NCBI GenBank assembly: GCA_965216755.1
Contig: CBDCGL010000011.1
Location: forward strand, 3,296,001 to 3,360,000
DNA: 64,000 bases
Direction of reading: 5' to 3'
DNA from: Alphaproteobacteria bacterium
GTDB lineage: Bacteria; Pseudomonadota; Alphaproteobacteria; UBA7887
Numbering within the stretch: the stretch's first letter is position 1; every line of letters starts with the position of its first letter. A program made the translations under genes and the position numbers. Under the pieces are notes generated by a model. That model worked only from the letters and a program-made list of their open reading frames with translations, was not told where the DNA came from and did not search any database. Below are positions 12,552 to 23,000 of the stretch, piece by piece.

Positions 12552-13235
12552 TTAATGGCTGGTCGCGCCCGACTGATCAAGGACGGCCATGGTCAGCAAC
12601 GAGATCATCAGTTCAGTCCGCTCCGCCAATCCGGGGGCTTCCAGCAACGCCTGTTTTTCTGGCGTATCGAACGGGCACACCATGGCCAGTGAGGTGACCA
12701 GTTGATCGCCGGGCGCGTCTTCGATGGCTTTCCAGTCGGCGGAGATCTGCTGGGTCTTGAAATAGCGTTTCAGCGCTGGCATCAGCCGGCCTCGATCGAC
12801 GGTTTGTGACTCGGCCGGGGTGATATCATCGGCAAATGGCAGCCAATTCGCCGCGACTCGACGATAGCCGTTGATCAGCGGCAACTCTTCTTCGTTCTCG
12901 AACCGGCAGATGCCGGTCAGGGTGATCAAATAACGGCCATCGTCGGTTTCGTTCAACGACGTAATCCGGCCGGCGCACCCGACTTTGTAAATCGGCGGTG
13001 CGCTCTGGTCGGCACCGTCGTCGCGCGGTTGGACCATGCCGATGATCCACTCCGCCGCCAGGGCATCACGGACCATTGCCAAATAACGCGGCTCGAAAAT
13101 GTTGAGCGGCAGCTTTCCGCGCGGCAGCAGCAGGACACCGTCAAGCGGAAAGACGGGAATAATCCGTGGCAAGTCCTGAATCGTGGTGGGCGGCGTACTC
13201 CGGGGGGGCATGGGATGGTCCTTGATCGGGCTCAC
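12552..13235 (-). CDS. LON peptidase substrate-binding domain protein
   Basis: Motifs PVFPL...LPLNIFEPRYLAMV, EKQALLEA. Confidence 0.92.
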   Translation of the reverse strand: MSPIKDHPMPPRSTPPTTIQDLPRIIPVFPLDGVLLLPRGKLPLNIFEPRYLAMVRDALAAEWIIGMVQPRDDGADQSAPPIYKVGCAGRITSLNETDDGRYLITLTGICRFENEEELPLINGYRRVAANWLPFADDITPAESQTVDRGRLMPALKRYFKTQQISADWKAIEDAPGDQLVTSLAMVCPFDTPEKQALLEAPGLAERTELMISLLTMAVLDQSGATSH

Positions 13236-14158
13236 GAGAACAGCATCGAAGACAATTTCCGCCGGCCGTCGACGGTGACCGGGTCGGTGTGGCCAAAAGC
13301 CTCAAAGAACTTCAGCAGTTGCAAGCGCGCCGCGTCTTCGTTCCAGGCGCGGTCGCGGCGAATGATCTCTAGCAGATGGTCAACGGCGGCAGCTTTGTCA
13401 CCAGCCGCAAAGCGGGCCATGGCCAGATCGAAGCGGGTTTGGTGATTGTCCGGGTCGGCTTGCAGCTGCCGCTCCAAGGCATCGCTGCCACCGCCGTCGC
13501 TCTGATCGCGGGTGGCGGCCGCTTGTTCGGCCAAATCCAGTGCTGAACGCGCGCTGGTGATGGCGCTGTCTTTGGCGATCGACGGATCGGCTGAGTCGAG
13601 AATATCGCGGGCCTCGGCCAGATCGTCTTTGGCCAAGGCACAACGGGCGAGCCCCGCGATGGCGGCGGCGTTGGCGCCGTCCATGCGCAGCACTTCGCCA
13701 TAAATTTGGGCGGCCATGTCGGTCTCGCCATTTTCGAGCGCGGCGGCCGCCTGTTCCATTGCGGCTTCGATCGGGTTAGGGCCGCCGGCGCTGGCCAAGC
13801 GCCCAACAAAGCTTTTGATTTGGCTCTCCGGCAGGGCGCCGACGAAACCATCGACCGGCCGGCCGCGATGAAACGCGTAGACGGCCGGAATCGACTGGAC
13901 ACGGAACTGGGCGGCCAGCTCCTTGTTCTCGTCGACATTGATCCTAACCAGCTTGACGGCGCCCGCGGTGGCGCGCACAGCATTTTCGATCGCCGGCCCC
14001 AATTGCTTGCATGGGCCGCACCAGGGTGCCCAAAAGTCGACCACGATCGGCGTTTCGTCCGACGCTTCGATTACGTCGACCATGAAGTTTTCGGTGTCGC
14101 TGTCTTTGACCGCGTCGGCCGCACTGCCTCCGCCGCCGGCGCCAATAATCGGTTCCAT
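13232..14158 (-). CDS. cnoX: Thioredoxin-TPR chaperedoxin (CnoX/YbbN)
   Basis: VDFWAPWCGPCKQL plus TPR-like C-terminus ending GRRKLSSMLFS. Start MEPII. Confidence 0.88.
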   Translation of the reverse strand: MEPIIGAGGGGSAADAVKDSDTENFMVDVIEASDETPIVVDFWAPWCGPCKQLGPAIENAVRATAGAVKLVRINVDENKELAAQFRVQSIPAVYAFHRGRPVDGFVGALPESQIKSFVGRLASAGGPNPIEAAMEQAAAALENGETDMAAQIYGEVLRMDGANAAAIAGLARCALAKDDLAEARDILDSADPSIAKDSAITSARSALDLAEQAAATRDQSDGGGSDALERQLQADPDNHQTRFDLAMARFAAGDKAAAVDHLLEIIRRDRAWNEDAARLQLLKFFEAFGHTDPVTVDGRRKLSSMLFS

Positions 14159-14215
14159 GTCCCTCACCTGTGGCGATCGCGTTGTGGTTATGGGCGCGCG
14201 CACGCGGCGCTGCCG

Positions 14216-14758
14216 CTAAGGCTTGGACTCCTGGACGGGCCGGACCGCGCCGGTCAAGGCGTCAAGATCAATGATATAAGAAGGCTGCCCGCAAGCGACA
14301 ATGAAAGCCTGCAGGTCGGCCGTCGCGATGGTGGTGGTCGCCGCGTTATGCAACGGATGAAAGTTGACCCGCTCTTGGCGCAGCATTGTGGCATCCAGCA
14401 CCACATGAACCGTGCGCGCGGCCTCGTTGATCAGCCCAAAAGGCGTCACCGCGCCGGGTTCGACACCCAGTGTGGCGCGCAACAGCTCCGGTTTGCCGAA
14501 CGACCAGGATTTCACGCCCAAATGCCGCGCCAGTGCCTTTAGGTCGATACTTCGCTCTTCGTCGGCGACGACCAACCAGATATCATTGGCTTTGTCCTTT
14601 AAAAACAGACATTTGCAATGTCCCCCAGGAATCTCGCCACGAAGCGCGCGGCTTTCCTCGACTGTGAACACAGGCGCGTGGCGGACCGTTTGGGTCGCGA
14701 TATCAAGCGCTCTCAAGCGCGCAAACAAGTCCTGCTCGGTGGCGGCCGTATCAGTCAT
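14216..14758 (-). CDS. ProX/YbaK-family aminoacyl-tRNA deacylase domain protein
   Basis: Motifs HAPVFTVEES, KCLFLKDK, LGVEPGAVTPFGLIN, NFHPLHN. Confidence 0.9.
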   Translation of the reverse strand: MTDTAATEQDLFARLRALDIATQTVRHAPVFTVEESRALRGEIPGGHCKCLFLKDKANDIWLVVADEERSIDLKALARHLGVKSWSFGKPELLRATLGVEPGAVTPFGLINEAARTVHVVLDATMLRQERVNFHPLHNAATTTIATADLQAFIVACGQPSYIIDLDALTGAVRPVQESKP

Positions 14759-14911
14759 CGTTGGCCATCATAAGGGTTGTGCGGCCGGGACGACATCCCC
14801 GCATGCGCGTCGCGCAATGCCGTGGCGGGGCAGCTTGCATTGGCCCCCGAAAGGCCTATTATCCGTGACCTTGACCGCACCCGCCTGGGGCACAGGCCGG
14901 TGGCGTGGGGC

Positions 14912-14986
14912 GCGGGCGTAGCTCAGGGGTAGAGCGCAACCTTGCCAAGGTTGAAGTCGTGAGTTCGAATCTCATCGCCCGCTCCA
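14912..14986 (+). tRNA. tRNA-Gly(GCC)
   Basis: GCGGGCGTAGCTCAGGGGTAGAGC...CTT-GCC-AAG...GAGTTCGAATCTCATCGCCCGCTCCA; cloverleaf with encoded CCA. Confidence 0.97.
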
Positions 14987-15054
14987 GAATTCCCTTCGGA
15001 CATTTCGCCGGAAGTTTTCGGTGTCGTTGCGTGCGCACGCGGGCGCCCTAGTCT

Positions 15055-15261
15055 GGATCGCGAACCGTCACGAAACGAGGCGTCGCGGCGACGGTGCTCG
15101 TGCCGATCGATGAGTAGCAGAGACTCCAACAAGTGACCACACCGAGCTTGAAGGATCTGCAGTTGACGCCCAAAGCGCGAGCCGAGGCATTGGTCCTGCC
15201 GCGCCGGACGTTGCGGCATCGCGCGACACCTGTTTTGACCGATAGAAGGGCCCATGATTGA
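15055..15261 (+). pseudogene. Remnant of a Phd/YefM (prevent-host-death) antitoxin
   Basis: Frame reads GSRTVTKRGVAATVLVPIDE*QRLQQVTTPSLKDLQLTPKARAEALVLPRRTLRHRA, resembling the Phd pattern GPQxVTRRG-x-AAVLVPxxEWxRL. In-frame TAG at 15115-15117 where TGG is expected; no start or N-terminus. Confidence 0.7.
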
Positions 15262-15305
15262 CGATCTTGGCGCCATCATCGAACGACGTGATGGGCCTGC
15301 GCGCC

Positions 15306-16316
15306 TTACGCGACCGGGTCGCTGAGGCGCAGAAGTCGGCGCGCGGGTGCCAAGAAAATCCGTTGCGTGCCGCGCGCGACAGTCGCGAATGACAAGACCC
15401 AGGTGAGCGCCACGGCCAGGATTGCCGCGGCGGCCAAGGTCGGCATCGGCGACCACTGGCCAATCAGGCCGATGATCCCATTGCCGATCAAAAGCTTGAT
15501 CAGAAATCCATGCCATAAATAGGCATATAACGAATTGGCGCCCGCCGCTGAGATGATCGTCGACTTGGCGGGCATCAGAAACAGCACGGCCACCGCCGTT
15601 CCAAACGAAACGCCATACAGCAATAGGCGCACCGCGGCGCCCGACACAATATCGACATGTAAGGAGGCATAGGCATAACTGCCATAAAGCCACTGATGGG
15701 GCATATCATGCAGGTACGTAAACAGACCAATGTTCAGTATAGGTATGATCAGCCAGATAAGTTTTGGAATACGTCGCTTGTGCGTTTCCGATAGGATGGT
15801 CGGTGCCAGCAAATGCCCGAGAACAAAAAATGGAAAGAAAACGAGGGTTCGCGACAACCCAAGACCATAGCCGATTGCCTGGCACGCGCCGGCCGCGATG
15901 GCGATGGAGATTGTCAGAAAAAGCGGTACGCGACAGGCCAAGACCACAGGCAGCAACAGCCGCCAAAAGAACAAACTGAGCAGAAACCAGAGAATCCAAT
16001 AGGGCTCGAAATTGCGCGTAGAGCTGCTGAAGGCGCCCCTGGTGAACAGATCGAAACCCTCGTACAACGCTGTGAAAATCAGCAACGGCACAAGAATCGT
16101 GCCGGCCGCCGCAGCGACGTCTTTGCCGCCAATTCTTGCTTTCGCCAGCATCCCCGCGATCATCACAAAGACCGGCATGTGAAATGAATAGACGCTCAGA
16201 TAGATGGTCTTGAGCAGGGCATGTCGATCAATCAACGGCTCGATGATATGCCCAAAGACAACCAGCCCGATCATGACAAACTTGGTGTTGTCCAAAAGAT
16301 CAATGCGACCCGTCAT
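15306..16316 (-). CDS. Acyltransferase family 3 (membrane O-acetyltransferase)
   Basis: Motifs DNTKFVMIGLVVFGH, YSFHMPVF, WILWFLLSLF, NSLYAYLWHG; multiple TM helices. Confidence 0.88.
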   Translation of the reverse strand: MTGRIDLLDNTKFVMIGLVVFGHIIEPLIDRHALLKTIYLSVYSFHMPVFVMIAGMLAKARIGGKDVAAAAGTILVPLLIFTALYEGFDLFTRGAFSSSTRNFEPYWILWFLLSLFFWRLLLPVVLACRVPLFLTISIAIAAGACQAIGYGLGLSRTLVFFPFFVLGHLLAPTILSETHKRRIPKLIWLIIPILNIGLFTYLHDMPHQWLYGSYAYASLHVDIVSGAAVRLLLYGVSFGTAVAVLFLMPAKSTIISAAGANSLYAYLWHGFLIKLLIGNGIIGLIGQWSPMPTLAAAAILAVALTWVLSFATVARGTQRIFLAPARRLLRLSDPVA

Positions 16317-16473
16317 CCTGGCGGCGCTCTCGGTTGCCTGACATCAGTGGCAACTGAGCTAATCCGATCGATCATCAGGTCAAGCCGCGGGTCGCCAACC
16401 CCACCTTCACGGGCGCACAGCTTTCTTCTTCAAGGTAGGGCTGGCCGGCCGCCGTGGCCGCGCGAAACGCGCC

Positions 16474-17085
16474 CTAAGTCCCGAAATGCGTCTGCCACGC
16501 CGGGATCGCCTGGAGCTGGCTATACCAGCGCAAGATATGATCGGCGTCGTCAAACGGCATTTGGCACGGCTGCCAATGGGCGACGCTGCCGCCGACAAAA
16601 AAATCGACAAACGACAGATCGTCGCCGAGCATGCACTTCGTGCGCCGAAGATGGCCGTCAAGAACGGCGACCGGCTCCCGCATTTGAGCGCGCCCGCGCT
16701 CGATCACGGCTGGATCGGGATCGCCCAGGCCGAGCGCCGGCTTGGCCAAAAATTCGAAGCCCAACAGATCCGAACCCGGCACCCAGTGCATCTGAATCCA
16801 CGAGATCCAGCGGGTGGCATCGGCGCGTGCGCGTGTCGTCGCCGGGCTCAACGGCGAGGCGGCCTGTTCGCAAAGATACTGCATAATCGCCGCGTGCTCC
16901 CACAGAACGAAGTCGTCGTCGACCAGCGTCGGCACACGGCCATTGGGATTTATCGCCAAATAGTCGGCGGCCTTCTGGGCGCCTTTTGTCAGATCCACCG
17001 AGATCTGCTCGACATCGAGCCCGAGATGATCGACCAAAGCCCAAACACATTTGTTGCGCGGCGTCGGAAATCCAAAGAGTTTCAT
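16474..17085 (-). CDS. Glutathione S-transferase family protein
   Basis: Motif YLAINPNGRVPTLVDDDFVLWEHAAIMQYL. Real start MKLFG with a GAGGG RBS (the ORF track over-extends it). Confidence 0.9.
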   Translation of the reverse strand: MKLFGFPTPRNKCVWALVDHLGLDVEQISVDLTKGAQKAADYLAINPNGRVPTLVDDDFVLWEHAAIMQYLCEQAASPLSPATTRARADATRWISWIQMHWVPGSDLLGFEFLAKPALGLGDPDPAVIERGRAQMREPVAVLDGHLRRTKCMLGDDLSFVDFFVGGSVAHWQPCQMPFDDADHILRWYSQLQAIPAWQTHFGT

Positions 17086-17122
17086 GGTGTCCCTCGTCTT
17101 GGTTTTTTGCCGATACCCGTAA

Positions 17123-17149
17123 GACGAACGACGACGCGAAACTAGGACA
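17123..17149 (-). promoter_or_regulatory. Possible ECF42-type promoter for the GST gene
   Basis: Minus strand TGTCCT-N17-CGTC, similar to the ECF42 consensus (TGTCGA / CGTC) as I recall it. Confidence 0.45.
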
Positions 17150-18380
17150 CCAAAAGTTCCGCCATGAGGCGGCGCGCTTGATTTTCCAGGTAACGACGTT
17201 CGGCGACGGTCGGCGCATGGGCGGCCGCCTGGGTATAGAAATCGACCGCCTGGTCTGTCTCGCCGGCCTGTTCGCAGACATAAGCCTGGGCGGCGCACAA
17301 TGGCTGATAGGACTTCAACCGCGGGTCTTCGCTGGCTTCCTTGAGCAATGATTGCGCTTGATTGAGTCGGTTGGCGAATGCGCAGGCGACGGCCCAGTTG
17401 ACCGTCACGACCGGCGACGGGAAGCGTCGCGCCAGATACGCGTAGAGGTCGCAGATCTCGGACCAGCGGGTTTTCTCCGCCGATGGGGCCCGGCAATGTT
17501 CGGCGGAAATCGCCGCCTGTAGTTGATAAGCGCCCGGCAGTCGGCGCGCGCGAAACTGTCGATCGACAATGGCCAGCCCTTCGGCGATTTGCTCGCGGTC
17601 CCAGCGCCCGCGATCTTGCTCGCTAAGCGGCACGAATGACCCCTGGGTGTCGAATCGTTCGCCAATGCGGGCGTGGTGAAGCAATAGCAACGCAAGCAGG
17701 CACTGCGCTTCACCGTCGTCCGGAAACATGCGCGCGATCTGTCGCGCCAAGCGCACGGCCTCTGCGCAGACATTGATATCGCGGGCGGCATCGCAAACGC
17801 TGTAGCCTTCGTTGAACAACAGATAGATGACGTGACAGACCGCTTGCAGCCGTTGACGCAAATGCGCGGGCGATGGCACTTCATAGGGAATGCCGGCGTC
17901 ACGTATTTTCTTTTTCGACCGAACCAGGCGCTTTTCTACGTTGGTGGCGCTGGTCAAATAGGCCCGTGCGATCTCTTCGGCGGAAAATCCCAGCACATAT
18001 CTCAGGGTCAAGGTCGATTGCGCGGTTCGTGACAGATCCGGATGGCAGCAGGTAAAGACCAAGCGCAACAGATCGTCATCGAAATGGGCGCCGTCATTGT
18101 CTGGCTCGGCGGCGTTTGGCGCTAGTGTTGCGGCCGCCTGTCGCCAATTCTCGTGGGTGCTGCGGCCGCGCAGCTCGTCGATCCAAAGGTTGCGCGCGAC
18201 ATGGACGAGCCAGGCGCGCGGATGGTCCGGCACTTTCTGCGACCAGGCGGAAAGTGCCCGCAAACAAGCTTGCTGAAGCAGGTCTTCCGCTTTGTCGAAA
18301 TCGCCGCACAGGCGAACCAAAACGCCCAAGGCCGGGCCGTAAGCGGCGCGCAACGCCCGGTCGATGGCGGCCTCGGCCAT
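17142..18380 (-). CDS. ECF sigma factor with TPR-like C-terminal extension (ECF42-type)
   Basis: Motifs DDDLLRLVFTCCHP, EIARAYL, IYLLFNEGY, QDRGRWDREQIAEG, YQLQAAISAEH; coupled to a DGPF gene. Confidence 0.9.
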   Translation of the reverse strand: MAEAAIDRALRAAYGPALGVLVRLCGDFDKAEDLLQQACLRALSAWSQKVPDHPRAWLVHVARNLWIDELRGRSTHENWRQAAATLAPNAAEPDNDGAHFDDDLLRLVFTCCHPDLSRTAQSTLTLRYVLGFSAEEIARAYLTSATNVEKRLVRSKKKIRDAGIPYEVPSPAHLRQRLQAVCHVIYLLFNEGYSVCDAARDINVCAEAVRLARQIARMFPDDGEAQCLLALLLLHHARIGERFDTQGSFVPLSEQDRGRWDREQIAEGLAIVDRQFRARRLPGAYQLQAAISAEHCRAPSAEKTRWSEICDLYAYLARRFPSPVVTVNWAVACAFANRLNQAQSLLKEASEDPRLKSYQPLCAAQAYVCEQAGETDQAVDFYTQAAAHAPTVAERRYLENQARRLMAELLVS

Positions 18381-18745
18381 CAGCGATCAGACGAATGATC
18401 GGCGACCGGGCGCACCTCGATCGTGCCCGAAGACACATTTGGAATGAGCGCGGCATAGCCAAGGGCGTCGTCGAGCGTGGCGCAGTCGATGAGATAATAG
18501 CCGGCCAGCTGCTCGGTGGTTTCGGCAAATGGGCCATCTGTTATGTCGACCGCACCATCGCGCGCGCGCACCAATTTCGCGGTCGCGCTTGGCGCCAATG
18601 GCTGGGTGGTATAAGCCACGCCGTCGGCCTTGAGCCGGGCGTGCAGAGCGAAATGGCCATCCAGCGTCGCGCCGCGCTCTTGTTTGGTTTTGTGCCGCCA
18701 AATATGCTCGGCTTCATAAATCAACAACATGTACTGCATGGTCAT
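18380..18745 (-). CDS. YciI/DGPF family protein
   Basis: Motifs MQYMLLIY, TDGPFAETTEQLAGYYLIDC, GTIEVRPV. Confidence 0.92.
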   Translation of the reverse strand: MTMQYMLLIYEAEHIWRHKTKQERGATLDGHFALHARLKADGVAYTTQPLAPSATAKLVRARDGAVDITDGPFAETTEQLAGYYLIDCATLDDALGYAALIPNVSSGTIEVRPVADHSSDR

Positions 18746-18788
18746 CCCTATCCTGACTTGGCGCCGTCGGGTGGCGCGCGAAGGCCGG

Positions 18789-19724
18789 CTATTCGGCGCT
18801 TGGGCTGCTGTGGAATTTCCGTTCGACGGGGCGTTCTTCATCGGCGCTCCATTCAGCCATCGACCCGTCGTACACGCGCGCACGGTCATTGCCGAGCAGC
18901 GCGTGGCTGACAAACCAACCCAAGGTTGCCATTTGCCCGGTACTGCAAAAACTGATCTGGGGCTGGTCGATGGTGATCCCCAGATGGGCGTAGATCTGAC
19001 GCAGGGTGGCTTGGTCGTGAAATCGACCGTCAGGGCTGGTTAGCCACGAGATTGGCAAGTTTTCGGCATTGGGGATAGTGCCGGGCCGGGCGACGACGGA
19101 CGATGCGTTGATGCCGACAAAGTCGGCCGATTCGCGGTTGTCGATCAGCACCGCATCCGGTTCCCCATCGACGCCGACGGGTAACTCCGCCGCCGCGGCG
19201 ACCAAATGATGCGACAGGCTGGTGACATAATTGGTTGCGGTCGGGACTGGCGGCTCACCTTTTTGCACGGGCCGGTCCAAATCGGCCCGATAGGCCGCCA
19301 TACCGCCGTTCAGTAACGAAACATCCCGATGGCCGACAACCTTAAAGGTCCAAAAAACGCGCGTCGCCGGGGTCATCGCTCGTGCACTGCCGCCCGCCGC
19401 CACGATCACCACATGGTCGGTGTTTCGAATGCCAAGACCGGCAATGACACCGCCAATGTGATCGATGGTCGGCAACATGCCCGGGACCTCGTCGATTGTC
19501 GTCCGCCAGGTGCCGTCTTGATACGGCAAGTAGCGCGCGCAGGGCACATGGGCACGGGCGTAAGCGCGAGGACTGCGCCGAACATCGATCACGGCAATGC
19601 CTTTATCGCAGCTGTGGGTGGCCAGCCAGCTTGCTTCGACCAACGGTTCCGTGGCCTGCGCCGCCACGGCAAGATGGGTCCCGATCAAAGCGATTGCGGC
19701 CAGCGATACCATCCAACGTGCCAT
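18789..19724 (-). CDS. Exported tandem-rhodanese sulfurtransferase (SseA-like)
   Basis: Signal peptide, two rhodanese domains, active-site loop FCSTGQMA, VYDGSMAEWS. Confidence 0.88.
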   Translation of the reverse strand: MARWMVSLAAIALIGTHLAVAAQATEPLVEASWLATHSCDKGIAVIDVRRSPRAYARAHVPCARYLPYQDGTWRTTIDEVPGMLPTIDHIGGVIAGLGIRNTDHVVIVAAGGSARAMTPATRVFWTFKVVGHRDVSLLNGGMAAYRADLDRPVQKGEPPVPTATNYVTSLSHHLVAAAAELPVGVDGEPDAVLIDNRESADFVGINASSVVARPGTIPNAENLPISWLTSPDGRFHDQATLRQIYAHLGITIDQPQISFCSTGQMATLGWFVSHALLGNDRARVYDGSMAEWSADEERPVERKFHSSPSAE

Positions 19725-20006
19725 GGGTTGGTCCTTTGCGATGAGGGCTCAGCGATCGTGCCGGGCGAATTTCATTGGCGCCATGGGCGGGTTCGGCTGG
19801 CCAAAATTTGCAACGATCCATACATACACTACACCAGCCGCGGTTCTTGCTCATAATGGACCCCTGCGATCGCGCCGGACCGTGACCGTCGCGTCGGGGC
19901 CCATCCGGGGACCGCCGGCCCAACGGCGCGCCTATCTTGTGCGGTCGGACAGCAACTTGTTGACTCGTGCAGGGCGCGGCGTGCCAGGTGCGATGGGGCG
20001 GGAAAA

Positions 20007-23000
20007 ATGGAAGTCAGGCAGAGGTCTGCAAAAGACGATCTGATCGGCGCAGTTATGCAGATTGCGGAACAGCGCGTGCCGGAAGACAGGCGCGCAGAGG
20101 CACAGCTGTTCATCCACCAATATTATCGACGCCTGCCGCATGAGGATTTAGAGGGGCGCTCGCCGGAGGACCTTTATTTCGCCGCGCTGTCCATGCTCAA
20201 TTTTATCCGTACGCGCGAAGCCCATCACGACAAACTGCGAGTCTACAATCCAGACATCGATGCCGATGGCTGGTCGTCGACCCATTCTGTGATCGATCTG
20301 GTGACCGGCGACCGGCCATTTTTGGTCGATTCACTCACTGCCACGCTCAACCAAAGCGATATCGCCATTTATTTGGTTGTGCATCCGAATATCCGCGTGC
20401 GTCGCTCGGATAAGGGCGTGCTGGAGGAACTCTACCCGCCCAGCCTGGCGGCCAAGGAGATGCGCTCGGAAGCCGTTATCCGGCTCGAGGTCAGCCGCCA
20501 TTCGGACGCCGAGAGCTTGGCTGCCCTGGAAGCCAAACTGCAGCAGGTGTTGTCGGACGTGCGCATCGCCACGAGCGATTGGCAGCACATGCAGAACCAG
20601 CTTGAAGGCGCCCTTGGTGAATTGCGCGAAACTGCGAAATCGGCCAATGCCGCCGACCTCGACGAAACTGTGGCCTTCCTGGACTGGCTGCTCGACAACC
20701 ATTTCACGTTCCTCGGCTATCGCAGCTATGACCTGGCGCACGCTGATGGCGGCATTGCTTGGCAGCCGCGCGAGGGTGAGTCCCTGGGGCTGCTGCGCGA
20801 CACCGCACATTGGGAGCACACCGAGGATAGCGCGCCGGACCGTGGTGTTCCGCAGGAAGTGTTGGCTTATTTACGCAGCGGCGGCTTGTTGATGATCACC
20901 AAGACCCGCCGCGTCTCGACCGTGCATCGTCCGGTACCCATGGATTCGATCGGAATCAAACGTTTCGGACCCGACGGCAGTGTGATCGGCGCCCATCGCT
21001 TTGTCGGTCTGTTCACATCGGCCGCCTACAACCAATCACCGACCAAGATTCCGCTGCTGCGCCAAAAGGTTGCCATCGCGGTGGCCCGGGCCGGCTTTCA
21101 GGCCGCGAGCCATGACGGCAAAATACTCACCAATATCTTGGAGACCTATCCGCGCGACGAACTGTTCCAGATTTCCGACGACGAGTTGCTTGAGGCCAGC
21201 CTGGGCGTGCTGCATCTGCAGGAACGGCCACGAATTCGCTTGTTCGTAAGGCGCGATTCGTTTGAACGGTTTGTGTCTTGCTTGGTTTTCGTACCGCGGG
21301 ATCGATATGACTCGTCGCTGCGGCGTGTGTTCAGTCAGATCTTGGAAGACGCCTTCAACGGCATCTGCGACAGCTTTTATGCCAAGCTCAGCGATCATCC
21401 GTTGGCCCAGCTTCACATCATCGTCCATACGGTCGCTGGGCAAATACCGAACTTTCAAGTTTCGGACATCGAGGCACGTATCATTGCCGCGGCGCGGGGC
21501 TGGGAGGACCAGTTCCGCGAGGCGCTGTTGGTGGCCCACGACGAACATCTTGCGGCGGTCCTGGAACGGCGCTATGGCGACGCATTTCCGGCCGGTTATC
21601 GGGAACGATTTGGCGTCCGCCACGCGGTCTTCGACACCGAACGCGTCGAAGCCGCGATCGCCGCCGACAAGCCTGAGCTGAACTTGTATCGGCCGCCCGA
21701 GTCGCCGGACAATGAAGCCCGTTTCAAGATCTATCAGCCAAACATCGCTTTGCCGCTGTCAGACGTGCTGCCGGTGCTGGAGAATATGGGGCTCAAGGTC
21801 ATCAACGAGTTCCCCTATCGCCTCGCGCCGAGCGACGGCACGGCCGAAGTTTGGATCCACGACTTCGGTGTCAAGGATCGCTCGGACACGACCATAGATA
21901 TCGCCGCGGTTAAGGCCGCGTTCCAGGACGCGTTCGGCCAGGTATGGCATGGCCGGGTGGAGAATGACGGCTTTAACCGTTTGATCGTCCGCGCCGGTTT
22001 GTCGTGGCGCCAGATCGTGATCCTGCGCGCCTACTGCAAATATTTGCGCCAGGCGAAGATCCCATTCAGCCAAGACTACATGGAGCAGACGCTGACATCG
22101 CAACCGCGTGTGGCGCGTTTGTTGGTCGAATTCTTTGATTGCCGATTCAACCCGAAGACGGGATCGGAAGAGCGTGCCGGCGCGATCGAGACGGAGATCA
22201 TCGCGGCGCTCGACGACATCAGCAACCTGGATGACGACCGCATCATCCGACGATACCTCAACATCATCAAGGCGACGCTGCGCACCAACTACTACCAGAG
22301 TGATGCCGATGGCACGCCGAAACCCTACCTGTCGTTCAAAATCGACAGTGCGGCGGTCACCGATTTGCCGCTGCCGCGGCCCATGGCCGAGATATGGGTT
22401 TACGCGGTTGGCACCGAGGGCGTGCATTTGCGTGGCGGCCCGGTGGCGCGCGGTGGCTTGCGCTGGTCCGATCGCCCGGAAGATTTCAGGACCGAAGTTC
22501 TCGGTTTGATGAAAGCGCAGATGGTCAAGAATTCGGTGATCGTGCCGGTGGGCGCCAAGGGCGGCTTTGTCGTCAAGCGGCCGCCCGTGGGCGCCGATCG
22601 CGAGACGTTGATGGCCGAGGTCGTGTCGTGCTACCGGACTTTCATTAGTGGGCTATTGGATATCACCGACAATCTGGTCGAAGGCCAGGTTGTGCCGCCG
22701 CAAGACCTGTTGCGCTATGACGGCGACGACCCGTATTTGGTGGTCGCCGCGGACAAGGGCACAGCAACCTTTTCCGATATCGCCAATGAAACAGCATTGG
22801 CGTATGGCTTTTGGCTCGGCGATGCGTTCGCCAGCGGCGGCTCCGCGGGTTATGACCACAAGAAGATGGGCATCACGGCGCGCGGCGCTTGGGAATCGGT
22901 CAAACGCCATTTCCGGGAGTTCGGTCACGATACGCAGAACGCGCCTTTCACGGTGATCGGCGTCGGTGATATGTCGGGCGACGTGTTCGGCAATGGCATG

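Noticed and set aside
14923-15693. 256-aa minus-strand ORF ending GAGDEIRTHDFNLGKVALYP
   Set aside because: Antisense shadow of tRNA-Gly and the antitoxin relic, overlapping the acyltransferase out of frame.
14912-19724. Intact prophage or integrative element at tRNA-Gly
   Set aside because: No integrase, phage genes or duplicated tRNA 3' end were seen; only a relic is supported.
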